NCBI GenBank assembly: GCA_028818565.1
Contig: JAPPNV010000307.1
Span: 16,374 to 80,373 of the forward strand
Length of the DNA stretch: 64,000 nt
DNA from: Rhodospirillales bacterium
GTDB taxonomy: Bacteria; Pseudomonadota; Alphaproteobacteria; UBA828
Reading direction: 5' to 3'
The position numbers and the translations under genes were made by a program. The notes under the pieces are model-generated. The model was given only the letters and a program-made list of their open reading frames with translations, did not search any database and was not told where the DNA came from. Of this stretch, positions 47,793-56,116 are shown one piece after another; the first letter of the stretch is position 1; the number at the start of each line of letters is the position of its first letter.

Positions 47793-49150
47793 TGGCCCTC
47801 TCGCGCGTCTTCGTCGCCAACCGGGGGGAGATCGCCGTGCGCATCGTCCGCGCCTGCCGCTCCCTCGGGCTCGAGAGCGTCGTCGGGGTCTCCGACGCCG
47901 ACCGCGAGGGCCTGGCGGCGGAGCTTGCGGACCGCGCCGTGGTGCTGGGGCCGGCGCCGGCGCGCGAGAGCTACCTCAACGCCAATCTCGTGGTTCATGC
48001 GGCGAAGGCGACCGCATGCGACGCGCTGCATCCGGGCTACGGCTTCCTCTCCGAATCTTCGGCCCTCGCCGGGCTGTGCGAGCGGGAGGAGATCGTGTTC
48101 GTGGGGCCGCGGGCCGAGACCATCGAGCGGCTCGGCGACAAGCTCACCGCCCGCGCCATCGCAGCCGAGGCGGACGTGCCCATTGTCCCTGGTTCCGGCG
48201 AGATCCGCGCGGCAGCGGAGGCACGCACGTTTGCCGCGCGGGTCGGCTATCCGGTGCTGATGAAGGCCAGCGCCGGCGGCGGCGGGCGCGGCATGTTCGT
48301 TGCGCGAACGGACGCGGACATCGACGACGGTTTCGAGCGCGCATCGGCGGAAGCCGAAGCCGCCTTCGGCGACGGGGCGCTCTTCGTCGAGCGCTTCGTC
48401 GAGGACGCGCGTCACGTCGAGGTCCAGATCATGGGGGACGGTGCAGGCGCGGTCGTCCACTTCGGCGAGCGGGATTGCTCGGTGCAGCGGCGCTTCCAGA
48501 AGGTGGTGGAGGAAGCGCCGGCGGCGGCGCTGTCGGCCGAGGCGCGCGCGCAGATCCACGACGCCGCCTGCCGTCTCGCCCGGCACCTCGACTATCAGAG
48601 CGCCGGCACGGTCGAGTTCCTCTACGACGTGGCACGCGGCGAGGCCTATTTCATCGAGGCCAACGTGCGTATTCAGGTTGAGCATCCGGTGACGGAGGAA
48701 GTCACCGGCATCGACCTGATCGAGGAGCAGTTGCGCATCGCTGGAGGTGGCGGGCTCAGCGTCGCGCAGGGGGACATCGCCCTTGCCGGCCACGCCATCG
48801 AATGCCGGATCAACGCCGAGGCGCCGGAGCGGGACTTCGCGCCGTCGCCCGGTTTGATCGACGCCTGGCGCGCACCGGAGGGCCAGGGCATCCGCATCGA
48901 CAGCCACTGCCGCGCGGGCGCCTTCGTGTCTCCCTTCTACGACAGCATGATCGCCAAGCTGATCGTGCGCGCCGGCGACCGCACGCAAGCGGTGGAGCGC
49001 ATGAGCGGCGCGCTGGACGCGTTTCGGATCGGTGGCATCGACACCAACCTCGCGTTCCAGGCGCGCCTCGTGCGGCACCCTGACTTCGCAGCCAACAGTC
49101 TCAACACGCGCTGGCTGGAGGATGTCTTCATGCCCTCGCTCATGCACTAG
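47792..49150 (+). CDS. biotin carboxylase (ATP-grasp; AccC-like subunit)
   Basis: TGATG overlap with the BCCP stop. MALSRVFVANRGEIAVRIVRACRSLG..., YPVLMKASAGGGGRGM and EANVRIQVEHPVTE are present. It runs the full length of AccC (452 aa). Confidence 0.85.
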   Translation: MALSRVFVANRGEIAVRIVRACRSLGLESVVGVSDADREGLAAELADRAVVLGPAPARESYLNANLVVHAAKATACDALHPGYGFLSESSALAGLCEREEIVFVGPRAETIERLGDKLTARAIAAEADVPIVPGSGEIRAAAEARTFAARVGYPVLMKASAGGGGRGMFVARTDADIDDGFERASAEAEAAFGDGALFVERFVEDARHVEVQIMGDGAGAVVHFGERDCSVQRRFQKVVEEAPAAALSAEARAQIHDAACRLARHLDYQSAGTVEFLYDVARGEAYFIEANVRIQVEHPVTEEVTGIDLIEEQLRIAGGGGLSVAQGDIALAGHAIECRINAEAPERDFAPSPGLIDAWRAPEGQGIRIDSHCRAGAFVSPFYDSMIAKLIVRAGDRTQAVERMSGALDAFRIGGIDTNLAFQARLVRHPDFAANSLNTRWLEDVFMPSLMH

Positions 49151-49166
49151 GCCGAGGAGAGCGACG

Positions 49167-50627
49167 ATGGCGCATATCGAATTCCTCGACGAGACCATGC
49201 GGGACGGGCAGCAGAGCCTTTGGGGCATGCGCATGCAGGCCGGCATGGCGCTCCCCATTGCGCCGGTCATCGATCGGGTGGGCTACCGCGTGGTGGACCT
49301 CACGGGCTCCAGCCTCTTCGAGGTGCTGATCCGCCACTGCCGCGAGAACCCGTGGGAAGGGCTCGACCTCCTGGTCGACGCCATGCCGAACAGCACGATC
49401 CGCGGCGGCATGCGCAGCAACGCGAGCGTTACCTTCGGCGTCACACCCGATGCGCTGATGGACGTCTGGATGCGGCAGCTTTGCGTCCACGGCTGCCGCA
49501 GCTTCTGGATCTACGACGTTCTCTTCAATATCGACAAGACGCACCGCCTCGCCAAGGTGGCCAAGGAGTTCGGCGCGGAGGTGGCGGGCGCCATCATGTT
49601 CACGCTGAGCCCGGTTCACACCGACGACTATTACGCCGACAAGGCGGACAGGCTCTCCGCCTCGCCGGATATCGACACGCTCCTGCTTTACGACACGGGC
49701 GGCGTGCTGGAGCCCGACCGCATGCGCACGCTGGTTCCGGCGATCATGGCGAAGGCGCGCGGCAAGCCCATCGAGTTCCACTCGAATAACCTCCTCGGCG
49801 CCTCCGGTCGCGCCTACGTCGAGGCGATCAAGCTCGGCATCCGCATCCTGCACACCGCCTGCGGACCCATGGCGAACGGCCCCTCGGTGCCCTCGGTCGA
49901 GGTGATGACGCGGAACGTCGAGCACCTGGGCCATACCCACAACATCGACCGCTCGCTGTTGCCGCAGATCGCGGAGCACTTCGAGAGCGTGGCCGCGGCG
50001 GCCGGGTTCCCCATCGGCGTGCCGCAGGAATACGACCTCTTCTCCGTGCGGCATCAGGTGCCGGGCGGGATGATGGGCACGCTCAAGGCGCAGCTCGTCC
50101 AGCACGAGATGGCGGACCGGCTCGACGACGTGCTGGAGGAAACCGGCCACGTGCGCCGCGAGCTCGGCTACCCCGGCATGGCGACACCGTTCTCCCAACT
50201 GGTCGGCACGCTGGCTGTGCTCAACATCGTCACCGGCGAGCGCTATTCCGTTATCCCGGACGAGGTGATCCAATACGCCGGTGGGCACTACGGCGAGCCG
50301 GTCGCGCCCATCGATGAGGACGTGCTGGACCGGATTATGGCCGCACCTCGCGCCAGGGAGGTGCTGGCCGAGCCGCCGGAGCAGCCTGCGCTGGCCGAGC
50401 TGCGCAAGCGCCACGGCACCGATGACGACGACGAGCTGATCCTGCGTGCCCTGGTCCCGGCGGCGGACCTCGACAGGATGCGCGCCGCGGGCCCGGTGAA
50501 GCGGGACTTCCCGATTCTCTCCACGCCGGAGCTCGAGCACGTGCGCAAGCTGATGGCGCTCTCCACCTCGAAGTACGTCGAGGTGGAGACCGCGAACCTC
50601 TCGGTCTCGTTGCGCCGCGCCGGCTAG
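49167..50627 (+). CDS. carboxyltransferase subunit of a biotin-dependent oxo-acid carboxylase (HMGL-like TIM barrel plus PYC/OadA-type domain; no biotinyl domain)
   Basis: AGGAGAGCGACG SD. FLDETMRDGQQSLWGMRM...IDRVGYRVVDLTGSS...LIRHCRENPWEGL...FWIYDVLFNIDK...MFTLSPVHTDDYY...LLLYDTGGVL...IEFHSNNLLGASGRAYVEAIKLG is collinear with the pyruvate carboxylase B-subunit / oxaloacetate decarboxylase alpha carboxyltransferase domain. Confidence 0.8.
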   Translation: MAHIEFLDETMRDGQQSLWGMRMQAGMALPIAPVIDRVGYRVVDLTGSSLFEVLIRHCRENPWEGLDLLVDAMPNSTIRGGMRSNASVTFGVTPDALMDVWMRQLCVHGCRSFWIYDVLFNIDKTHRLAKVAKEFGAEVAGAIMFTLSPVHTDDYYADKADRLSASPDIDTLLLYDTGGVLEPDRMRTLVPAIMAKARGKPIEFHSNNLLGASGRAYVEAIKLGIRILHTACGPMANGPSVPSVEVMTRNVEHLGHTHNIDRSLLPQIAEHFESVAAAAGFPIGVPQEYDLFSVRHQVPGGMMGTLKAQLVQHEMADRLDDVLEETGHVRRELGYPGMATPFSQLVGTLAVLNIVTGERYSVIPDEVIQYAGGHYGEPVAPIDEDVLDRIMAAPRAREVLAEPPEQPALAELRKRHGTDDDDELILRALVPAADLDRMRAAGPVKRDFPILSTPELEHVRKLMALSTSKYVEVETANLSVSLRRAG

Positions 50628-50634
50628 GATCGGC

Positions 50635-51804
50635 ATGCGCCGCGCCTGCATCGTCGATGTCGTCCGCACGCCCTTCGCCAGGGGGCGGGAGGGCGGTGCG
50701 CTGAGCGCGGTTCACCCGGTCGACCTGCTCGCGAAGACGCTCGAGGGCCTGGTCGCGCGCACCGGCATCGACCCCGGCGCGGTCGACGACGTGATCGCGG
50801 GCTGCGTCATCCAGGTGGGCGAGCAGGCCGCCAACATCGGCCGCCAAGCCTGGCTCGCGGCGGGCTTTCCCGAGACCGTCCCCGCCGTCACCATCGATCG
50901 CAAGTGCGGCTCGGCGCAGCAGGCGATGGACTTCGCGGCCCAGGGCGTGATGGCGGGGGCCTACGACCTCGCCATCGCCTGCGGGGTCGAGATGATGAGC
51001 CGCGTGCCCATGGGCAGCAACCGGCGCGGTAAGGACCATCTGGGTCCGATGTTGCGCCGGCGCTATGCGGAAGGCCTGGTGCACCAGGGCATCTCCGCCG
51101 AGCTGATCGCCGCACGCTGGGGCCTCTCGCGCGAAGCACTCGACGCCTATGCGCTGCGCTCGCACCGGCGCGCCGCGGCTGCCGAGGACAAGGGCCTCTT
51201 TGCGCGCGATATCGTACCCATCGACAGCGCTGCCAGGGACGAAGGCATCCGCCGCAACACGAGCGCCGAGAGGCTGGCCGCGCTGGAGCCGGCGTTCGTG
51301 GACGCCGGTACGGCCGAGCGCTTTCCCGAGATCGGCTGGGTGGTGACGGCGGGGAATTCAAGCCAGGTTTCCGATGGCGCATCGGCGCTGCTGATCGCTT
51401 CGGAAGAGGCGGCGCGGCGGTTGAAACTCGCCCCGCGCGCCGCCATCACCCACTTTGCGGTCTGCGGCGACGACCCCGTGCTCATGCTGACCGGAATCAT
51501 CCCGGCGACACGGAAACTGCTGGCGCGGAGCGGCCGGACCTTCGACGACATCGACTGCTTTGAGGTCAACGAAGCCTTCGCGTCCGTGGTGCTGGCGTGG
51601 GCGGAGACGCTGGGTGCGGACCTCGACCGGGTCAACGTCAACGGCGGCGCCATCGCCTTCGGCCACCCCGTCGGCGCGTCGGGCGGACGGCTCACGGCCA
51701 ACCTGATCGGCAGCCTGGAGGAGAACGGCGGGCGCCTCGGCCTTCAGACCATGTGCGAGAGCGGCGGCATGGCCAACGCAACGCTGATCGAGCGGCTGGG
51801 TTGA
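50635..51804 (+). CDS. thiolase (acetyl-CoA C-acyltransferase family)
   Basis: RKCGSAQQA holds the active-site Cys. NVNGGAIAFGHPVGASG and the CESGGMANA C-terminal motifs are present. Confidence 0.85.
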   Translation: MRRACIVDVVRTPFARGREGGALSAVHPVDLLAKTLEGLVARTGIDPGAVDDVIAGCVIQVGEQAANIGRQAWLAAGFPETVPAVTIDRKCGSAQQAMDFAAQGVMAGAYDLAIACGVEMMSRVPMGSNRRGKDHLGPMLRRRYAEGLVHQGISAELIAARWGLSREALDAYALRSHRRAAAAEDKGLFARDIVPIDSAARDEGIRRNTSAERLAALEPAFVDAGTAERFPEIGWVVTAGNSSQVSDGASALLIASEEAARRLKLAPRAAITHFAVCGDDPVLMLTGIIPATRKLLARSGRTFDDIDCFEVNEAFASVVLAWAETLGADLDRVNVNGGAIAFGHPVGASGGRLTANLIGSLEENGGRLGLQTMCESGGMANATLIERLG

Positions 51805-51813
51805 GGGCGCCGC

Positions 51814-52554
51814 CTACGCCGCCAGGTAGTGGCCGCCGTTGACGAAGATGGTCTGCCCCTGGACGAACTCGGCTTCGGGGCTCGCGAGGAAACGGATCAC
51901 GCTGGTGTAGTCCTCGTCCCGCACGCCGCGCCCGCTCGGGTTGGTCTCGGCGGCGTGCTTCACGATCTCGCTTGCCTGGTCGCCGAACAGCGCCCGCACG
52001 GCATCCGTGTCCACCACGCCGGGGGCGACGCTGTTGATCCGCACGCCACGCGGCGCGAGCTCGCTCGCGAGATAGCGCACCAGAGATTCCGCCAGCGCCT
52101 TGGCGACGCCGATGGCGGCGTAGTTGGGGACCACGGTGCGCCCGCCCCGGCTGGTGAGGAAGAACACCGTGCTGCCGCGCCGGAGCAGCGGATCGGCCGC
52201 CTGCACGAGGTAGAGCAGCGCCGTGCCGTTGAGATTGACCGCGGCGGCGAAGTCGTCCGCATCGCAGTCCAGCGCGGGCCTCGGAATGGCGCGGACGGCG
52301 CAGTGCACGAGCTGGTCGAGCCTGTCGACTCGCTCCGCCACCTCGGCGAGCACAGCGCGCGCGCCTTCCGGCGTGCCGACATCCTGCTTGATCACGTGGC
52401 AGCGTGCGCCCCTGGCCTCGACCAAGGAATTTGCCTCGCGCGCGGCCGCGTCGTCGCCCGCATAATTGAGAAACACGTCGACGCCGGATTCGGCAAAGGC
52501 AAGCGCGATGGCGCGTCCGATGCCCTTGGTGCCGCCCGTTATCAAGATCGACAT
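51814..52554 (-). CDS. SDR-family oxidoreductase
   Basis: MSILITGGTKGIGRAIA holds the TGxxxGxG motif. The YAAIGVAKAL catalytic Y-x3-K and the PGVVDTD motif are present. Confidence 0.8.
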   Translation of the reverse strand: MSILITGGTKGIGRAIALAFAESGVDVFLNYAGDDAAAREANSLVEARGARCHVIKQDVGTPEGARAVLAEVAERVDRLDQLVHCAVRAIPRPALDCDADDFAAAVNLNGTALLYLVQAADPLLRRGSTVFFLTSRGGRTVVPNYAAIGVAKALAESLVRYLASELAPRGVRINSVAPGVVDTDAVRALFGDQASEIVKHAAETNPSGRGVRDEDYTSVIRFLASPEAEFVQGQTIFVNGGHYLAA

Positions 52555-52727
52555 GACGCCCTCGCTCTACGCTGCACCATCGGGCAGTCTGCCCATAAGT
52601 GCTTGATGCTACCACGCAATACCATCGACTGCGCTGCTTGACGGCGGTCCTTGCGTCGATAGACTTCCGCCCTCTCGGCAGTCGCGCGGGCGACGCGCCG
52701 CTTTACCAGACGAAGAGGAATCGGACC

Positions 52728-52847
52728 ATGACGCGGGAGATCGTTCTCGCCGGCGGCATGCGCACGCCGTTCGGCGACTTCGGCAAGTCGCTCAAGAACA
52801 TCCCGCTGGCGGCGCTGGCCAATCTGATGGAGCGCGTCGTGCATTAG
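52728..52847 (+). pseudogene. thiolase N-terminal remnant (39 codons) left by an internal deletion
   Basis: GAGGAA SD then MTREIVLAGGMRTPFGDFGKSLKNIPLAALANLMERVVH*, a canonical thiolase N-terminus that stops after 39 aa. It is followed 28 nt later by the hbd-like gene. Confidence 0.5.
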
Positions 52848-52875
52848 CACGCGACCGCGCCGGGAGGTTTCAAAG

Positions 52876-53736
52876 ATGACCGTGAACACCATCGGCGTGG
52901 TGGGCGCCGGCATGATGGGCTCGGAAATCGCGCTGGTGATGGCGCTCGCCGGCAAGGCGGTGCTGCTGAGCGACCGCGATCAGGCGCTGCTCGACAAGGC
53001 CGTGGCCAAGCTCGACGGCGTGCTCGAGAAGGGCATCGCCCGCGACTTCTACAGCGACGACGACAAGGACAGGGTGCAGGACAACCTGCGCACGACCCTC
53101 GACCTCGGCGACTTCGCACCTTGCGACATGGTGATCGAGGCCGTGTTCGAGGACGAGGAGGTAAAGGCCGGCGTCTATCGGGCGCTCGGCGAGGTTCTGG
53201 CCCCGGCGTGCCTGATCGCGAGCAACACGTCGAGCATCTCGATCAGCGTGCTCGCCTCCTACCTGGAGGAGGCCCGCCGGCCCTTCTTCCTCGGCACCCA
53301 TTTCTTCTCGCCGGTCTCGCGCATGAAGCTGGTCGAGGTGATCCCGGGGCTGGAGACCGCGGAAGAGACCGTCGCCTCCGTGACCGCGGTCTGCGAGGAG
53401 GCGGGCAAGACGCCGGTGCCGATCAAGGATGTCGTCGGCTTCGCGGTCAACCGCCTGATCCACATCTTCTGGATCGAGGCGATCCGCCTGGTGGAAGAAG
53501 GGGTGGCTACGCCCGAGGATATCGACACCGCCTGCAAGCTCGGCATGGGGCTCCCGGTCGGGCCGTTCCGCCTGATGGACGCGGTGACCAACAACCTCAG
53601 CCTTGACGTGCAGGAGATCCTGCACGAGGCCTACGGGCCCCGGTTCATGCCGCGCCCCCTGCTGAAGCAGATGGTGAAGGCGGGCTACAATGGGCGGAGC
53701 GCCGGCAAGGGCTGGTATCGCTACGACGAAGGCTGA
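52876..53736 (+). CDS. 3-hydroxyacyl-CoA (3-hydroxybutyryl-CoA) dehydrogenase
   Basis: GGGAGG SD. IGVVGAGMMGSEIA is the NAD-binding motif. The NTSSISI and HFFSPVSRMKLVEV motifs are present. Confidence 0.85.
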   Translation: MTVNTIGVVGAGMMGSEIALVMALAGKAVLLSDRDQALLDKAVAKLDGVLEKGIARDFYSDDDKDRVQDNLRTTLDLGDFAPCDMVIEAVFEDEEVKAGVYRALGEVLAPACLIASNTSSISISVLASYLEEARRPFFLGTHFFSPVSRMKLVEVIPGLETAEETVASVTAVCEEAGKTPVPIKDVVGFAVNRLIHIFWIEAIRLVEEGVATPEDIDTACKLGMGLPVGPFRLMDAVTNNLSLDVQEILHEAYGPRFMPRPLLKQMVKAGYNGRSAGKGWYRYDEG

Positions 53737-53780
53737 GCCGGGGCAGCGTTCGCGCTCGACCGGATCGAGGAGGGAGAGAG

Positions 53781-54812
53781 ATGGAAGCAGCAGTGTTCAG
53801 GGGTGTCGGCAATCCCTTGTCGGTCGAGCAGGTAGACGAGCCGTCAGTGCGGCCGGGCGATCTCCTGATCAAGGTCGAGTATTGCGGAATCTGCGGCTCG
53901 GATCTGCACGCGACCGAGGCTGGCGCGCTGGTGGTGCCGGACGGCCAGATCCTGGGCCACGAGTTCACCGGGACCGTCGTGGAGATGGGCACGGAAGTAG
54001 GCGGGGACTGGAACGTAGGCGATCATGTGACCGCCGTGCCGGTCAACGCCTGTGCGGAGTGTGGACGCCAGTGCAAGCTCGGCATGGGCATCCACTGCCC
54101 CAACAACATCATCACTGGCTTCGGCGCGCCGGGGGCATACGCCGAGTACATTCGCGTCGATGCGGGCAACGCGCTGCGCCTGCCGAAGGGCTTGAGTTTC
54201 CGCGAGGGCGCGACGGCAGAGCCGCTCTCCGTCGGCCATCACGTGATCGACAAGGCGGGCATGCGGCCGGGTACCAACGTGCTGGTGATCGGCGCCGGCC
54301 CCATCGGCCTCTCGTGCACGACCTTCGCCCGCTTCTCCGGCGCCCGCCACGTCGTGGTGAGCGAGTTTGCCGAGAACCGCCGCGAGCGCGCTCTGGCAAT
54401 GGGGGCCACCGCAGTCATCGACCCCAACGCCGGCGATGTGGCCGAGCAGTACGCGGCGATCGCCGGCGGCCCGCCCGATCTCGTGATCGAGTGCGTGGGC
54501 GTCCCCGGAATGCTCGGGCTCTGCATCGACCTGGTGAAGCACCAGGGCAAGGTCATGGTCTGCGGCGTCTGCACCAACGAGGAGAGCTTCATCCCGCTCG
54601 CCGCGCTGGCGAAGGAGGTCTGCCTGCAGTGGGCGCTCGGTTACAAGCCGAGAGACTTCGAGGTGGTGCTCGATCTGCTTGCGAGCGGGCGGATCGACCC
54701 GGCGCCGCTCATCACCCACGTGATCGGCTTCGACGATCTCGCCGCGCGCTTCGAGAAGCTCAGAACGCCGACCGACGAGTGCAAGGTGCTGTTGCGCCCC
54801 CAGCGGGACTGA
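53781..54812 (+). CDS. zinc-dependent MDR alcohol dehydrogenase (threonine/sorbitol-dehydrogenase-like; candidate secondary-alcohol dehydrogenase)
   Basis: GAGGGAGAGAG SD. CGICGSDLH is the catalytic Zn site. CAECGRQCKLGMGIHC is the structural Zn site. VIGAGPIGL binds NAD. Confidence 0.85.
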   Translation: MEAAVFRGVGNPLSVEQVDEPSVRPGDLLIKVEYCGICGSDLHATEAGALVVPDGQILGHEFTGTVVEMGTEVGGDWNVGDHVTAVPVNACAECGRQCKLGMGIHCPNNIITGFGAPGAYAEYIRVDAGNALRLPKGLSFREGATAEPLSVGHHVIDKAGMRPGTNVLVIGAGPIGLSCTTFARFSGARHVVVSEFAENRRERALAMGATAVIDPNAGDVAEQYAAIAGGPPDLVIECVGVPGMLGLCIDLVKHQGKVMVCGVCTNEESFIPLAALAKEVCLQWALGYKPRDFEVVLDLLASGRIDPAPLITHVIGFDDLAARFEKLRTPTDECKVLLRPQRD

Positions 54813-54825
54813 CGGGAGGGATTCG

Positions 54826-55611
54826 ATGACCGGACGGGTCGACGGCAAGATCGCGCTCATCTCGGGCGCCGGCACGGGCGTCGGGCGCGCCTGCATGGTT
54901 CTGTTCGGACGGGAGGGCGCCAAGGTGGTCGGCTGCTCGCGTACCCAGGCGAACCTTGACGAGACGCTGCGGCTGACGAAGAAGGCGGGCGGCGACGGTG
55001 TCGTGGTCGCGCACGACCTTGCGCGGCCCGAAGGGGCGGAGGCGTTGATCCAGGCCGCCATGGATGTTTACGGGCGCATCGACATCCTCGTGAACTGCGC
55101 GAGCGTCGGCTACAGCTGGCTGGAGAAAAGCCCCGATTCCATGGGCGACGTGGTCAACACCACGCCCGAGAAGTGGCAGGAGGTGATGGGGATCAACCTC
55201 GATTCCTATTTCTATCTCTGCCGCGGCGTCGTTCCCATCATGCAGAAGCAGGGCGGCGGCGCGATCGTCAACGTGGCCAGCATCTCGGGCTTCCAGGGCC
55301 TTCCCGTCGCGCACACCTACACGGCGGCGAAAGGCGCTGCGATCAACCTGACGCGCTCGCTCTGCGTGACCTATGCCAAGGACAATATTCGGGCCAATTG
55401 CGTCGCACCGGGCTTCATCGACACGCCGATGGTGGCGCCCGTCCTCAATCTCTTCGACGATCCGGACATGGCGGACCGCCTCACGCCGATGCTGCGCCCC
55501 GGCACGCCTGAGGAGATGGCCTACGGCTGCCTCTATCTCGGCTCCGACGAGGCGACCTACTGTAACGGCACCGTGCTGACCATCGACGGCGGGACCACGG
55601 CTCGGCAGTAG
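54826..55611 (+). CDS. SDR-family oxidoreductase
   Basis: GGGAGGG SD. ISGAGTGVGRA, NCASVG and YTAAKGA (Y-x3-K) are present. Confidence 0.85.
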   Translation: MTGRVDGKIALISGAGTGVGRACMVLFGREGAKVVGCSRTQANLDETLRLTKKAGGDGVVVAHDLARPEGAEALIQAAMDVYGRIDILVNCASVGYSWLEKSPDSMGDVVNTTPEKWQEVMGINLDSYFYLCRGVVPIMQKQGGGAIVNVASISGFQGLPVAHTYTAAKGAAINLTRSLCVTYAKDNIRANCVAPGFIDTPMVAPVLNLFDDPDMADRLTPMLRPGTPEEMAYGCLYLGSDEATYCNGTVLTIDGGTTARQ

Positions 55612-55690
55612 GCCCGCCGACGCGGCGCTTCGATCCGCGCACGGGTCAAGACCAAGCCGCTCACGCAATGGTCGACGGGGCGGGTTAGGC
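55612..55690 (+). pseudogene. remnant of an MscS-family C-terminal coding region (no start codon)
   Basis: Reads ...[19 protein letters not shown].... A 22-nt identical core (tcaagaccaagccgctcacgca) and roughly 80% identity over about 50 nt match 32278-32330 inside the intact MscS-family gene ([23 protein letters not shown]). Confidence 0.45.
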
Positions 55691-55724
55691 GCCGCTACAG
55701 CACGAGAGATGGAGGTTCGGGAAT

Positions 55725-55901
55725 ATGAGCACAACACGCGTCAGGATTGACCCGGACAATCCGCGCAGCCTTCCTTCGGGACGGGTCGATCATGCGGTGC
55801 TGGACGCGACGAGCGAGGAAGATATCGCGCGGCAGGCGCGCGATGACGACGCCGAGGCGATGCAGGATACGGCCCGGTTTGCCCTGCGTGTGCTCGACTG
55901 A
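55725..55901 (+). CDS. small acidic protein (58 aa), possibly BrnA/DUF4415-like
   Basis: GGAGG 9 nt upstream. MSTTRVRIDPDNPRSLPSGRVDHAVLDATSEEDIARQARDDDAEAMQDTARFALRVLD*. Not in the ORF track because it is shorter than 60 aa. The family assignment is tentative. Confidence 0.4.
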   Translation: MSTTRVRIDPDNPRSLPSGRVDHAVLDATSEEDIARQARDDDAEAMQDTARFALRVLD

Positions 55902-56116
55902 CTTCGGGAAATCGCGCCCCGCCCCACCTCGTTATTCCGGCAAGGCTCACGCCGCGCTGGACGTGCAGGCCTTGGAGCCGGCACGATCCTTCAACAATTC
56001 AAACAGTGATGTGAACCGCACCGCGGACGCGTTGACTCGGTCGCGGCCCGGCCGCATCGTGCGCCGCGAACTTGAGCTGGCGCGGCGGCGGAACAGGAAC
56101 CGCGTACGGGGGTTGC

